A stretch of DNA of 64,000 bases from Dudresnaya verticillata (GCA_977862235.1 OZ374562.1:248001-312000); one strand, 5' to 3'; positions 34,194 through 46,584 are shown, numbered from the stretch's first letter. Numbers and translations: made by a program. Notes: generated by a model from the letters alone, not told the origin.

Positions 34194-36313
34194 CTAATTC
34201 ACATCTGGTTTCGGAATACTCTGCACTCTCATCTTAAACGTTGCGAAGATACCAGTTATAATAGCCCAACCTGCAGCAATACGCATCACCCATGCTTCTC
34301 CGAAAGCCCTGCTCACGAATCCTGTATATCTTCGTGTTGCAAGCAAAAGCGAAAGCAGAAAAGCATGATACGGATATGGATGTTAGTCGTTCTGCAACCC
34401 CGTGTTGACCTTGCGCAAATTCCTTGCGAGCACTGCCGAAATTATGGCTAACTGTTTGAGTAGCAGAGAGACACCACTTACATCGTGTCAATTATTTGCG
34501 GAATTACTGCAAAGCAGTTCAAAGCACCCAGGTATCTCCCCCGGTTTGAAGCATCCGAGTTTTCTACAGTCAGACCGACAGGTAGAGTGAAGTGCGCAGC
34601 AATTGGAAATGACATCAGCACGACTACTACTTCCGCGAGAGTCAAACTATTCGTACCCGCTAACGCCATCAGCACAATACCGAAAACACCGAACGATGTG
34701 CCCATTAGCTGTCCAGGAGTGACGTATCCGAGTAACCATGGATAAACTGCTGAATACAAGATCTGTAGAACAGACCGCAGTTGGCTTGCTTTCCCGTATA
34801 CCGTCACGCCCATCTCATAGTTTTCAGCCTTTTTTGTACCTGGTTTCGCACTCGGATCCCCTGATGTTCCCAACATGGGTGCGACACATAACAGCCAACA
34901 ACAGTTAGAACGAAAACGAATGCCATATGGGACGGAAACCGCATTGCCGCAACGCTGTCCACATCACATACCTCCGAGAACCGTTGTTCCAAGCCAAGTA
35001 GTTGTGTTTGGTAAAAAGCAAAACAAAGAAAAGAAGCCAAGTGCGTGGGTACCACCAACACGCCACATCCAACCAGGAAGAGAACGCAAATAACTGAAGA
35101 TGTTCATTGAGCTCTGCATCTGATAAGGAATGCTCGGATCATCAGGTGCAAGTGCCGTTTCCTTGCCAAGAATTAACAAGGAAGCGACTGTGACTAGGTA
35201 GACAGCGCCAGCAGCCAAAAAACAACTTCGGATGTACGAGACTGGCTCTTCGATAGAATGCACAAGACCGCTTGCTGCAAGGTCGCCGAATGAGAACATT
35301 ACTATAGACGCACTTTGCAAGGAATGCTGTTGGTGCCTTGGTACTATGTCTCCTTGAAGAGCTCGTACTAATCATTCCAAAAGGTTTACACGGTGTTGTC
35401 AGTCCTTGAGCTGGGCCCGTTCGTCAACCTCAAACCCAACGCGTTGAGAGCCTTCGCCGACGCGAAGGTATGGGTGATCTTACGTCGCGAAAATCGCTGC
35501 GATTCGTAAGCTGGAAAAGAACGTACCTGGCCACATGGTTGTATTGATAGCAAGATCCAGGATACAGAACGAAAGTATAGCAATCACAATAGCCGTGACA
35601 CGGTTCTGCTCAGTGCCTTCTGCATAGCAGAGACCAGCAAGCTGGCGGGCATTTGCAAACATCAGCATGCCGATCAAGGTGAATATGAGACCTGCAAGGA
35701 TGAATGGTCGCCTTCGGCCGTGTCGATTCGTACAGCGATCGCTCAGGGTTCCAACGAGTGGTGCGACAACCAGGCCTGATAACGGCCCGACAATCCATAC
35801 AGCATGGCTGATCACCTTTCCGGATCTGAGACCCTTCTCGAAGTAGGGTGTCGTTATTGCAAACTGCGAAACACAAAGAGCGCTTTCACAATAATCGTTA
35901 GTTACATCGTGTTCATCCCAAGAGGTGAATCTTGCCGAGCCCTATCCGCAGTTGGCGAGTTCGTCCTTGACCGAGTTCGATAATACGAACCTCTCTGCGT
36001 CCGATTGAGACATTGCGGATCAGTACCGTATATGGCCGCATATACGAATAATTCCCCCAGGTCAGCATTCTTTCTGTTCCACACATTTCCTGGATGCATT
36101 GATCAAGCACCATAAAAACATTGAAACTTACAATGCCCAAGCGCAGTTAATGCCGAAGTTAGCGATGCATAACGAGTAGATTCGCGCCCACGAAACAGAG
36201 CTGTCGCCTTCTGCTTGAGATTGCAGACGGGAATTCTCATCCTTTCCTCTAGCGATGTGTGTTTCTGCTGGGACAGCCTCATACCTGTCCAGGGAGAGCC
36301 CACCGCTGCTCAT
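34194..36313 (-). CDS. SUT/SUC-SLC45-like sugar:H+ symporter (MFS); 6 exons: 36132-36313, 35991-35994, 35527-35863, 34972-35367, 34482-34860, 34194-34329
   Basis: Spliced frame is 1434 nt (477 aa): WALEFAITTPY, VWIVGPLSGLVVAPLVGTLSDRCTNRHGRRRPFI, LDLAIN..PVRALQGDIVP, GRYLGALNCFAVIPQII. Confidence 0.88.
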
Positions 36314-38089
36314 CGCTACAGCAGTTTGCAAGAAACCTAGGTAATTCCGTGCGTCTTACGATACGCACTCTTCAACGACTGCAGTCAAGCTCTTCGCTCG
36401 TTGTAGACCAACATTATTCTCAATACCGTCCTCCCTTGTGGAAAACCTTACTGTCGATGCGGACTCACGACCGGGTCGCTCTTTTGGACCATAGCTCACA
36501 AGTGTATGTCATAGCTGGACCATGCACCTGAAATAGGCGACTGTCCGGGTAGGTCTCGGTCAGCTGTGTGGGTTGCACAGAGTACTGTAGCACTGCGGCG
36601 TCCGCTCTTCGCACCGAACCGTTGTCCACGTTCTGATCTGTTTGGTCAATTACATCTTTATTTCCGTTGTTTTTTCCAATACAGCATACTGCACTTAATC
36701 TATTGGTACTGTACGATCTCAGTTTAGCAGCAACAAGAAAAGCGGCCCAAAGGCTGACTCTTGTTGGAGATGGGCAGCACAAGACGCGGAAAACAGGACC
36801 CACTCAGGCGCGGACTGCGCTGATACAATAGCAATGTTTTCAAAAAGGCAGGCAGGTGCTTTCTGTTGCAGACTGCTTTTCACAATGCTACTTCTATTGG
36901 GCTGGGAGAATTCCAATTTACTTTGTTGAGACTACCAGTGCGGCAGAAGGCATCTTCTTATTTTGGGCCTATGAATGCTATTCCGACCTGTTGAGATTGG
37001 GCTCTACTTTGCATACTGCTCTTTGTCAGTTGCTATACTGCGTATTTGAGAACGCACTACAACGATATCTGATATCAATCCCACGGTCTTGGGCTGTTGT
37101 TTTGATGCAGCTGGTAGCAAAAGGACCATAATTGGAATAGACGAGATAGTGGAAATAGAAAAGGGTACAAAACAACAAGGATAGTTCTTGAAAGGCAGAG
37201 GAAAGGGCCATATGGTGAAGATTTTTCGAAGCTTAGGGTAAGGTTGGTCATTAGGGTCTGTTGCTTTCATTTCCTTACTTCGCAGACGGGAACAACAATC
37301 CCCCTTCCCTTGGAGAGGGAATCGTGAACGAACAACGGTGCCTTTGAGAAGTAAGCGCCTATGTATCAAAAATGCTTTTATTATTTCCTTCCCCATGTAT
37401 TCTAACAATCGCAGCTACTTACTTGCAAGTCCCGGATTTCGGACAGGTGCCTTTTGTTGGCAAAAAAGAATGGGTGCCGACGACTGTGGAAGCACAACAA
37501 AATGGAAGTCGCAAAATTCCTAAACCTGGAGGGAAGGGAGTTTAAGAAACAGAAATGAAGAGTAGAATAAACCATGAAGGCAGGCTTGGACATTTATACA
37601 GTGGGTGTGCGCTGCCCCAGCAAGGTGACTGTAACAAAAAATTCTAGCGCTCTTGTAATTCCCGCAAACATGGTTGGCAAGAGCAAACGGAGACGTTTGC
37701 CTACATGGATTACCCTCGCAGGGCACCCTGCAGCAGCATCGTATGTTTTAGACAAACATGTCCTTTTGAAGTGCATCGCATCCGGAGCTCATCCTCAATA
37801 TCACACTCGCGTGTCAGTGAGTGTTATTTCTGGTACACTGGGATTTTCCTGTTTTTTAGCTTATTTTTTAAAGCGGTTTTTCTAGGGAATTCCAACCTCT
37901 GACTAGATCTCGACGCTGGCATTGAACGTCGGTGGCCTTTGCCCTTTGCCAATTTGCGCAGTCTTGTTTCGAATCTGTCACCCAGCACCTGTGCCTCCCG
38001 ATCATCTTCGTATGCGAGTGAAATCGCAAGAGCACGCAAGTAAGCACAAAGCAGAGGCCCCAGCTCGGATCTGAGCTCCCACAAACAAG

Positions 38090-38658
38090 ATGACGGATCT
38101 AGAGAACGACGAGATCATCGAGGGACCCAAGGTAAGTGCGGCGCCTGCGCAGTGAGTACAAACTTGGCAATACAGCACAGCGTGCCCTGAATCACGCGCT
38201 GACCCCTGCAAGCTCTTTTTCACACTACGCAGGTCTCTTCGGCGCTTGAGTTTGGTGGCACCGCCGACAAGCCCCGCACCCGTGACAATTACTGGTTCCG
38301 CGCCTTCTCGTCCGACTCGCCTGGTGACGAGGGTCTGATCATGAAGGTTGCGCGCAGGCCTCGCGCCCGTCGTGGCGAAGATCCGCACCCAACCGTGCGC
38401 CTGATGCGTGAGAACCCGAATGGCATATTGTACGTTGCAATTTTCCCCGTGCTCGCTTGTATATTCGATGATATGTTTCACCAAGAGCTGTTTCTAACCG
38501 TTCGCAAGTTTTGTTTTGTTTGGTTGGTCTTGCTTTTGGGCTGCAGGTATGCTAAGGTAAAGTCGGGTGAAATCAAAGTCGAGAACTATTTCGACTACAT
38601 GAACAGGAAGATCCTTCAGGCTCGCGATGAAGAAGCGAAGAAGGGAGGGAAGAAGTAA
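38090..38658 (+). CDS. Hypothetical 116-aa protein; exons 38090-38131, 38233-38429, 38547-38658
   Basis: Canonical donors (GTAAGT, GTACGT), branch points (GCTGAC, TCTAAC) and CAG acceptors join into one open frame, MTDLENDEIIEGPK...EEAKKGGKK*. Confidence 0.75.
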
Positions 38659-38686
38659 ACATTGTCTAACTTGTACGCACCTGCGC

Positions 38687-41411
38687 TCAGAAATGTATTC
38701 CACGGAACACTGAAATCTGCCCATAAGCGGTCTCCTGTTTCACCGTCACAAACCGTGCGTTGACAAGGCTGAGCATGTTGAAGAACGCGCGTGCGGCACC
38801 TCCTCGCGTGCATCCCGCTGCCAGATCACCAAACTGTTCCCGTCAAATGCGAGGAGTACCTTCTTTGTTAGTTGTGATCATGGGCATCAGATGCGCGAAA
38901 CGCGGTGGCGAGTGCAGATGCATACCGTAGTCACTGGCGACACAGAGGCTGTGCTTTCCGCTCCTTGCTCGCGTTCAATGACAATGCTCCGCAAAACTTG
39001 GAGCATCTTGAAAGCACGCACGTTTAGAGAAGACACTGGGCCTGTTGCAAGGGATCCAGTGCCGAGCGTATTTTGCAGTCTTTCAGTTTCCTCAATGAGC
39101 TCGAACTCTGCGGTATTAACTGGGATTGCACTGCTTTCTACAACCCCGTCGGATGACGAGACGCCAATTTTTCCAGATGAGCCCTCTGCGTCTCCAGCGT
39201 TTTCCACTTGGGGCAGCAGTCTTTCTGCTTGAAAAGAAAGCGCAATATTGCGCACGGGAGGCGCAGGCGCAGTGGAGAAGGGAGTCAGTCACTTTTGGGC
39301 TCGTACTTTGTCAACGTCAAACCGGAAAGCACATGCATATTTCCGTACCCCATTGCCGCTCCCCTGGGGAGTTTTGAGCCTCCTCAAAGGCTTTAAGGTC
39401 AGCTGGTGTTACCTGCAGAGCAGAAGTAGCGTCGCGAGAGAAGCCATCGCAAATGATTAGGTCAGCTTCCTTGTGACAGTGAGTGCCCGACAAACAATTC
39501 GCAAAGTTGAAAAGGACAGTACCTTATCGAGAGAGATGCCAAGCGCATTCCTTGAGCCGCTGCTGACGCCTTGGTCGCTAGAGAGATTCTTCCCTTCAAT
39601 GCTGCTAGAAGGCGCTGAGTATTGGTCTTTTGAGTTTGTGGTTTTTTTTCCTTGAGATCTTTCGTATTCGACGCTGCTGTCTCTTCTGTTGCCAGGAGGG
39701 TCCTGTAGTACAGGTATCTGGAGTGGCTCTTCTTCTTCTTCTGGGAACAGTACCTGTACTAGGTTTGCGCGGACTTCTTGTTCCTTGCCGGATTGGTTTG
39801 GAGTAGCGATATCTGCCGCCCGCGTCGTTTTTGGAACAATAACCCTTTGTGGTCTCTCGCCAGTTGTGAAAGGTGGGGCAGTCACTTCTTTCCAAACGTC
39901 GGTAATTGCCTTGGCGAAAGGAGACAAGAATCCAGGAATCGCAAAGGCATTGAGATCTTTTGCAGTTTGCACCTTTTTTGGCACGGTCCGGTCCCCAAAG
40001 TGCTCGATGACGATATCTGCCGTGTCGTGCAAACAACGTCGAATTTCAGAGGGTGCAAGCTCGGTTATCTGGTCTAGGCGATCTGCTGGTGATCGTCGCT
40101 TTCTTCCTGTAGACAGAGGCGGCATGCCCCTAGGTTCTTTGCGCTTGGATTCCCTGGTCCCCGGTGTTTTGCTTGGCGGGTTGCAGGCGTCCGATGCATC
40201 GTCGGAGAATGTGACACTAGACTTTGGCTTTTTTGAAATTGATCTGACTGCTTCCCCAGCTGCCTTCTTTGCAGATCTTGCCACAGAAACTTCTTCAATA
40301 GGTTCTTGAATGCCTTGTGGCGAGAGCACTTCTGCTTTTGGCGTCTCAAAGTCTAGAGGTTCGAGCTGCAGAGGTTCTATGCCCAGTGGCTCAAACTCTC
40401 CTTCTGGTTTTAGCAACGGTTCCCCAGATTGTGGAGCATTTATCTGAGTTGGACCGTTGCCAGCCTCCGAAAACCAAAGTGTCCGCGATACACCATCGCT
40501 TGACAACGCATCAGAACCGAGGCTGAGGGACAAGCCTTCCTCGAGCATTCCATACTGAGCAGAGCCATTTTGCCTAAAAGGATCCGTCAACGTGATATCT
40601 TGTTCCCGAACGCTGTACAGCATGTTTCTCGGGGTTTGCGACTTATTTGCAGTGCTTGGGGTGCTCAGTCCCGATGCTAGGCCCACGGTAGTACGCGGGA
40701 CAAGCACTGATGGGAAGACTGTTTCCATCGCTGCTAAGACATCAATTTCACCTGTGTCGCCGAAGGAGAAGTCCGCACCAGGGCCTGAACCGTGAGAGAA
40801 CTTTGCCCGCGAGAGAGAACCAGCAGATTTGGACAAGACATCGGATGGTGCGGCGGCACCCCCGGATGGGCCCGACTTGCGCTTCTTCTGCATGGGCAAG
40901 GTAATAAGCTCAAAACGAGCAGTATCTTGACCCTTTTCCAAGGAGATTCCATGATTTTCGCCGGAGGCGACGCTTAGAGCATCGCGTGCGCGCTTCTTGC
41001 CAACTGCGCGGTTAGCCTGCTGGACCTTCCAACGCTTGATTGACTGCATGATGGAGGTGACATCGGCGAGAATAATGGTGGACTTGCGGGAGAATACCCT
41101 TACAACGCCGAGCATGAGAGTAGAAGAAAGGCGGAGTGCAAACGGAGCAGCTGGTTGTTCTATGCTCTGACAGAGGACATGGATTTTGGCAGTGGATGCA
41201 TAGGACTTGGACACTCTGGACTCGCCTAGCGTTGCTGCGACCCATACTTTTCCAAGAGGACCCTACGAGGTGGGACGAATATGTTAATAGGCTTGTTGGT
41301 TAAGAGGGATGAGAGAGACAAGACCTGTACGCAATGTTTGAACGGTGGAGGAGGAAGGGGGCGGACAAGCGCACTTACCTTCTTTGTTAACACCAGTTGC
41401 GAGTAGAACAT
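38687..41411 (-). CDS. REC8: Rad21/Rec8 cohesin kleisin, REC8 (meiotic)-type; exons 41379-41411, 39523-41262, 39349-39412, 38926-39227, 38687-38833
   Basis: N-terminus MFYSQLVLTKKGPLGKVWVAATL...ALRLSSTLMLGVVRVFSRK (AATL as in Rec8/SYN1, versus AAH in Rad21); C-terminal winged helix FGDLAAGCTRGGAARAFFNMLSL...VKQETAYGQISV. Confidence 0.85.
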
Positions 41412-41904
41412 TTTGGGAGGAGCGCAATGAGTTTGTTCTGTTGTGTGAAACCAGATGAGCAAAGACGATTCGAGGTGAGGAAAGTGGGAAATGGGTTATT
41501 CTGGACCATTCTACAACGCGCAAGCGCGTGATAAGTAGCACAGCGGGAGTTCTGACAAAGGAACGGCGCTGCACGAAGGGACGATAGGAGAATGGAGAAA
41601 GAGGAAGAGCAGGCTGAATACGGCGCCATCGTGACGCGATTGTGCGAAGCGAAAGAAGGGCGTTGCGGTTCTGGAAAGCACATGGAGAAACAACATTGAA
41701 CGAAACGAAAGGCAGTCGCAGAGGGGCGAAGCAGCGAAGCGAAATTAAGAACGAGTTGGGATCGAAAGAAAGGCGCGACGGTTTGCAGCTCAAGCGAAAT
41801 CGGAAAAGTCGTCATGGCGATGGGAGCACGAGACGCGCAAAACGCACGCAAAAGCCAATGAGGCGGGCCACATGCCGTTGACAAGATGCAACGGTACAAG
41901 GCGT

Positions 41905-42705
41905 TTACCATTGCAGATGGGGCAATACGCGGTGATGTAAGCGTGGCACGGCAAGACCGAGCGCGCAAAGCACAATGACAAAAACGGCGGTACGAAACAA
42001 GCTGCGATAGCACAGCGGGGCGAAACGCGAGGCGAGGAGCGGCCTGGCGGCGGGGGCGGGGTCGTTCTTCTCGACGTCGTCGCGCGCAATGCCAGGCGGC
42101 GAGTGGTCGCGGCGGCGGTTGCGGGCGCGCTTTGGCAGGGCGTCCAGGTCGAAGAGCGCGACGAGGGCGGCGCGGACCGAGTCTGCCAGCGCGTCCATGG
42201 CGCGGGCCAGGGCTCCGGCGGCGGGCGTGGCAGGCGCGACGCGGCGCGGGCGCGGCGGCGGGCCGTACACGCGGCGCCAGTTGCGGCTCGCGTCCGACGT
42301 GGTCGGGTGCTTTGCGCTGACGACGTAGCGGCCGTCGGCCAGGTAGCAGAACTCGCGGTAGCCGGTCGGCACGACTGTGATGACCGACCACACGTTATCT
42401 TCTCGCGGGCGGCGGCGCGGTTGGGTCGGCGGGGCGCGGGGGTTAGCGTCGTCTCGCGCGGCAATGCGACTTGCGCGCGCGCGCGCGCATGCTCGCACGG
42501 TGGTCGTCGGTCCGCACGCAGGCATGCTCGGCGGATGCGCGAAAGGGGGGCGCGCGGGTGACTCACGTTGCTCATGCGCCATCGGGATGGGCTTCCAGTC
42601 GGCCCAGTCGCCGCAGAGGCGGACGTCTGCGAGTGCGGCGGGTGCGCAGAAGACAAACTCGGTGCGGACGGGGACTTGCGCGCGCGGCTTTGCGCGGCGT
42701 TTGGG

Positions 42706-42743
<38 letters not shown>

Positions 42744-42861
42744 AAGCGGCGGTGGTGGGCAGCGCCAGCGGCGGCAGCGGCGGGGACGGGGCCGCGGGCG
42801 CGGGCGCGGCGGGCGGGCGCAGGTCGAGCGCGACCGAGTCCGGGGGCGCGCGGCGGTTCAT
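41905..42861 (-). CDS. CBM48/AMPK-beta-type glycogen/starch-binding domain protein with C-terminal TM segment; probable intron ~42402-42566
   Basis: TEFVFCAPAALADVRLCGDWADWKPIPM...WSVITVVPTGYREFCYLADGRY; donor GTGAGT and branch GCTAAC; C-terminal AVFVIVLCALGLAV. Confidence 0.72.
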
Positions 42862-43271
42862 GGCGGCGGGGGCGCGGGCGCGGGCGCGGGCGCTGGCGCG
42901 GGCGCGGGCGCTGGCGCTGGCGCTGGGGGCGGGTGGAGAAGCGGCGGGGGGCGCGCGGGCGCTCGCACGCGCGGGCGGCGCGACCAAGCGCTTTGGTTTG
43001 GGCGCTGCGGCGGTTGCATTCGCATTCGTGGCGAGCGGGGAGGGGGACTGAATTGTGCGGGGCGCAGAGCGTTTGCGGGGCGTGATGGAGGAGTTTGGGA
43101 ATTTTGGAGGGCGCGCGCGGGCGAGCACGCGCGTGCAGAGGCTGTTTCCGCAGGTGTGTGTGTGTTGGTGTGGTGCGGTGAATGCAAAGTGCAGGCAAAA
43201 GTGTGCGCGGGCGTTTTGATGCGGTCTTACAGTTTGGCTAATGTGCATAGGCGCGGCGGAGGCGCGGCGCA

Positions 43272-43301
43272 CGCGCGCGCGCGCGCGCGCGCGCGCGCGC
43301 G
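43272..43301. repeat. (CG)15 dinucleotide run
   Basis: Seen directly. Confidence 0.9.
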
Positions 43302-44126
43302 TCGGCGTAGCGGGTGACAACGGCGGCGCGGTTCAGTGAGGGTCACTTGTATCACTTTCGGATATGCGGCGACGCGCGCGATCGCTTTTGGAGCTCTGGC
43401 GGCAAACGGCGCGGGCGTTGGCGGTGGGTGATCACGGCGGCGGCGCTGCGACCGCGCGGCGCAGACGCGCGCGGCTCGGCGGGGGCGGACGGATGCGCGT
43501 TGCGCGTTGTGCGTGGCGCGTGGCGCGTGGCGCGTGGCGCTCGGCGGCGCGCACGAGCGGCGCGCGGCCTTGGCGACGGTGCTTTGGCGACGGTGCGCGG
43601 GGGCACGCTCGGCGCGCTTGCGGACACGCCGCGTGCGGCGGCGGGCGCGGCGACTGCAGGCGGCGCGCGGAATGTGGCGAGCGAGCGAGCGATGGCACGA
43701 GCGAAGCACAGTGTGGTCAGACAGAAAGCGCGCGCGTTGGCATTGACATGGCGCGTTAGTTGGAGTTGTGCCTGTCGCTGCGCAGCGCGACGAAAGGCGC
43801 GTGGGCCATGTGTATCTGCGGCGCGGCGGCGGGCGGCGGGCGGCGGGCGCCGTGACGCGCGCTCTGTCTCTCTCTCTCTCTGCGCTTTCTGCTTCGGCGA
43901 CAGCGTTGTTGTCGCGCGGCGTGACATCAGCCGCACTCTCGTCGGCGCGCGTGTCTGTCAGGGCGTGCCGCGCTGCGTGCCGTGGCTGTGCCATACCTTC
44001 GAAGGTACACTACTTGTTTTGCGCGAGAAAAGCGCGCGCGCGCCCGGCCGTGCCGGGACGGCGTGCGGCTACAGCACTGTGCTGCAGTACTGCAGTACTG
44101 CAGCTCCTTGTGTGTCAGCCGCACGG

Positions 44127-44221
44127 GCGAGCGAGCGCGCGAGCGAGCGAGCGAGCGTTCGTGCATGCGTGCGTGCGTGCGTGTTTGCGTGCGTGTTTGC
44201 GTGCGTGCGTGCGTGCGTGCA

Positions 44222-44280
<59 letters not shown>
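44127..44280. repeat. Compound microsatellite: (GCGA)n followed by imperfect (GCGT)n
   Basis: Seen directly; ~120 bp of mostly alternating purine-pyrimidine sequence. Confidence 0.9.
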
Positions 44281-44415
44281 AGACGGCGCCGCGCTGCCCG
44301 TGCGGAGCTTTAACCGCGGCGTCCGTATGCGGCGAGAGCCGCGCGCGCGTGCGCGTTGTGCGCGTTCGTTGCGGAGGAGCCGGCAAAGGCAAAAGCGTCG
44401 TTCTGCCTCCTCGGC

Positions 44416-44510
44416 GGCGTGGCGTGGCGTGGCGTGGCGTGGCGTGGCGTGGCGTGGCGTGGCGTGCCGTGCCGTGCCGTGCCGTGCCGTGCCGTGCCGT
44501 GCCGTGCCGT
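44416..44510. repeat. Compound pentanucleotide repeat (GGCGT)10(GCCGT)9
   Basis: Seen directly. Confidence 0.92.
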
Positions 44511-45349
44511 GCGCGGAGGGGGGCGCGCAGCATGCGCGCGCGCAGCCGCCGCGCGCGGCCGCGCTTGCGCCATGCGCACCTCGCGCGCGCGGCGGCGCAC
44601 CCACCGAATGCTTGTGCGGCGGCGGCGGCGCAAGCGCGCGGCCGCACGCGCGGCGCCAGGCCTGGCTGTCGCGTCGGCGGCTGCATTCGTGCCTTGCGGT
44701 GAGGCGCGCGCGCGGCGGCGGCGGCGGCGGCGGCTGCGCGGAAAGTTGGCGGCGCGGCGGAGGCTTACGTCACGGCGTGCGCGCGCGCGCTGCGGCGGCC
44801 GGCGCGGGGCTTGCGTCCCCGGCGCGACGGCCGGCGCGGTGGGGCGGCGCACGGAGCCGCGATCGTGCGACTTGAGAGCGGGCGGGTGGGCGTCGTGTGT
44901 CGTGTACATGCGGTGTGTAGTGTATCGGCGCGCGCCACCGTGCTGCCTGCCGTGCCGCACTACCGCGGCGTACTGCCTTTTGTCGCGCGCACCGCGCATC
45001 CGTTTTTTGTCGCTGTCCTCTCTTTGGCGCCACCTTTCCCATCACTACTCCACACCCCGCCACCGCGCAATATATCGAAAAGAGGCACGCACGCACGCAC
45101 GCAAGCACGCACGCCGCTCCCGTCCCGGCTCGCCATCACCACAGTACCGTCTCATTTGTCTCCCGCCTTTGCTCACCGTACATGCCTTTGAGATAGGCCC
45201 CAAACGAGAAAGCGAGCTATTCGTAGTGTCCAAGCGCCCCGCGCCGTAGTTTTTACTATTTGCAAAGTGTGTTAGTGGTGCAGGTACATAGACGACGACA
45301 CCTCGGCGCGGAAAAAGGAAAGGCACCAAACAAGAAAAAAAGAAAAAAG

Positions 45350-46552
45350 TCAAGTAAGCGAGGGCATCAGCCCGTCGAGGAATGACAGTCCAAAGTCTGG
45401 CAGCGGCCGCTCAGCGATCACCCCTCCCTCATCGCCCGAGTTCATCAGGTCGTTTAGCAGCATATCCGTGATGCACGGCTCTGCCGAGTCCTCCAGCTCA
45501 GATCCGCCCGCGTAACCGCCGCCGTGGTGCATGTGCTCAATGTGCTCAAGCTGCTGCTGCTGCTGCTGCTGCGAGGCCTGCGCGCACGTCGTCTCCGTAA
45601 TAGCATAGTGATGCGCAAAGTGGTGCGCGTGCGCATAGTGGTGGTGGTGGTGGTGGTGGCGGTGGTGCGGCGACTGCGGCGGCGTCTGAGCAACGACAAG
45701 TGGCGCCGGTGATGCGTCGTGGCACCGCAGCGCCACCGGCGACATCTCCTCCGGCAGCACGGGCGAGTCTATCTCAGACGGGTGCACAGCAGACAAATGG
45801 AGCGCCACGGCGGCGGGTTCGCGCTTGACAGGCACAGGCGCAGGCGCAAACGGCTGACAGCCGAGGCCGAGGTCAAAGTCGTGCACGGACGGCGCCGGGC
45901 AGTGCTCGTCGTGCACCGACTCGGACGTCACGTCGGAGAGCGCTGCCGCGCACGTGCTGGACGACGCGCCGGCCACTCGCGCGGCCCAGTCGCCCAGCGG
46001 CAGCAGCGCCGCGCCCGCGTGCGCCGGCGACAACGGCGCGTCGTGCGCGGCCGCGGCCGACGCACACGCAGACGCAGACGCAGATACGGCCGACGGCGCC
46101 GCGGCGCAGCGCGGCAGCGACTTGCTCGCGGCCGACACGTCCTCCTCCACCAGGTGCAGCAGCGGCAGGCGCGCGCGGCGGCGCGCGCGGCGCTGCGGCG
46201 GCTTCCGGCGGCGCTTGTGCACGCGTGCGACCGCGGCGTCCGGCGGCGGCGTGCACGACGACGCGGGCGTGGCGGCGGCGGCAGCCGCGATGGAGACGGC
46301 GGCGGCGGCAGCAGCAGCAGCAGCGACGGGGCGCGCGCGCGTGGGGCAGCGTGAGCAGCGCGAGCGGCGCGCGGGGTACGGTTGGTGGCAGACGTCGCAG
46401 AAGCGGTCGGAGGCGCGTGCGGGGGGGTTTGCGCGGGGGTGTTGTTGCGGCGGCGGCGGCGGCGGTGGTGGTTGTTGTTGTTGTTGCTGCTGCTGCACGG
46501 GAGCGGGCGATGGGGCGGGTTGTGGTGGTTGCGACGGCGACGGGTGGTGTTG

Positions 46553-46584
<32 letters not shown>

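Noticed and set aside
1..41411. ATR and REC8 as a DNA-damage/meiosis gene cluster
   Set aside because: They are 33 kb apart with many unrelated genes between; compatible with chance.
44127..44510. CRISPR-like or telomeric array
   Set aside because: Simple 4-5-bp microsatellites with no unique spacers, and not a recognised telomere unit.
43227..45249. Many overlapping 200-460-aa ORFs on both strands
   Set aside because: They translate microsatellites (CVRA, GVAWR, THAR repeats) and show no domain signal.
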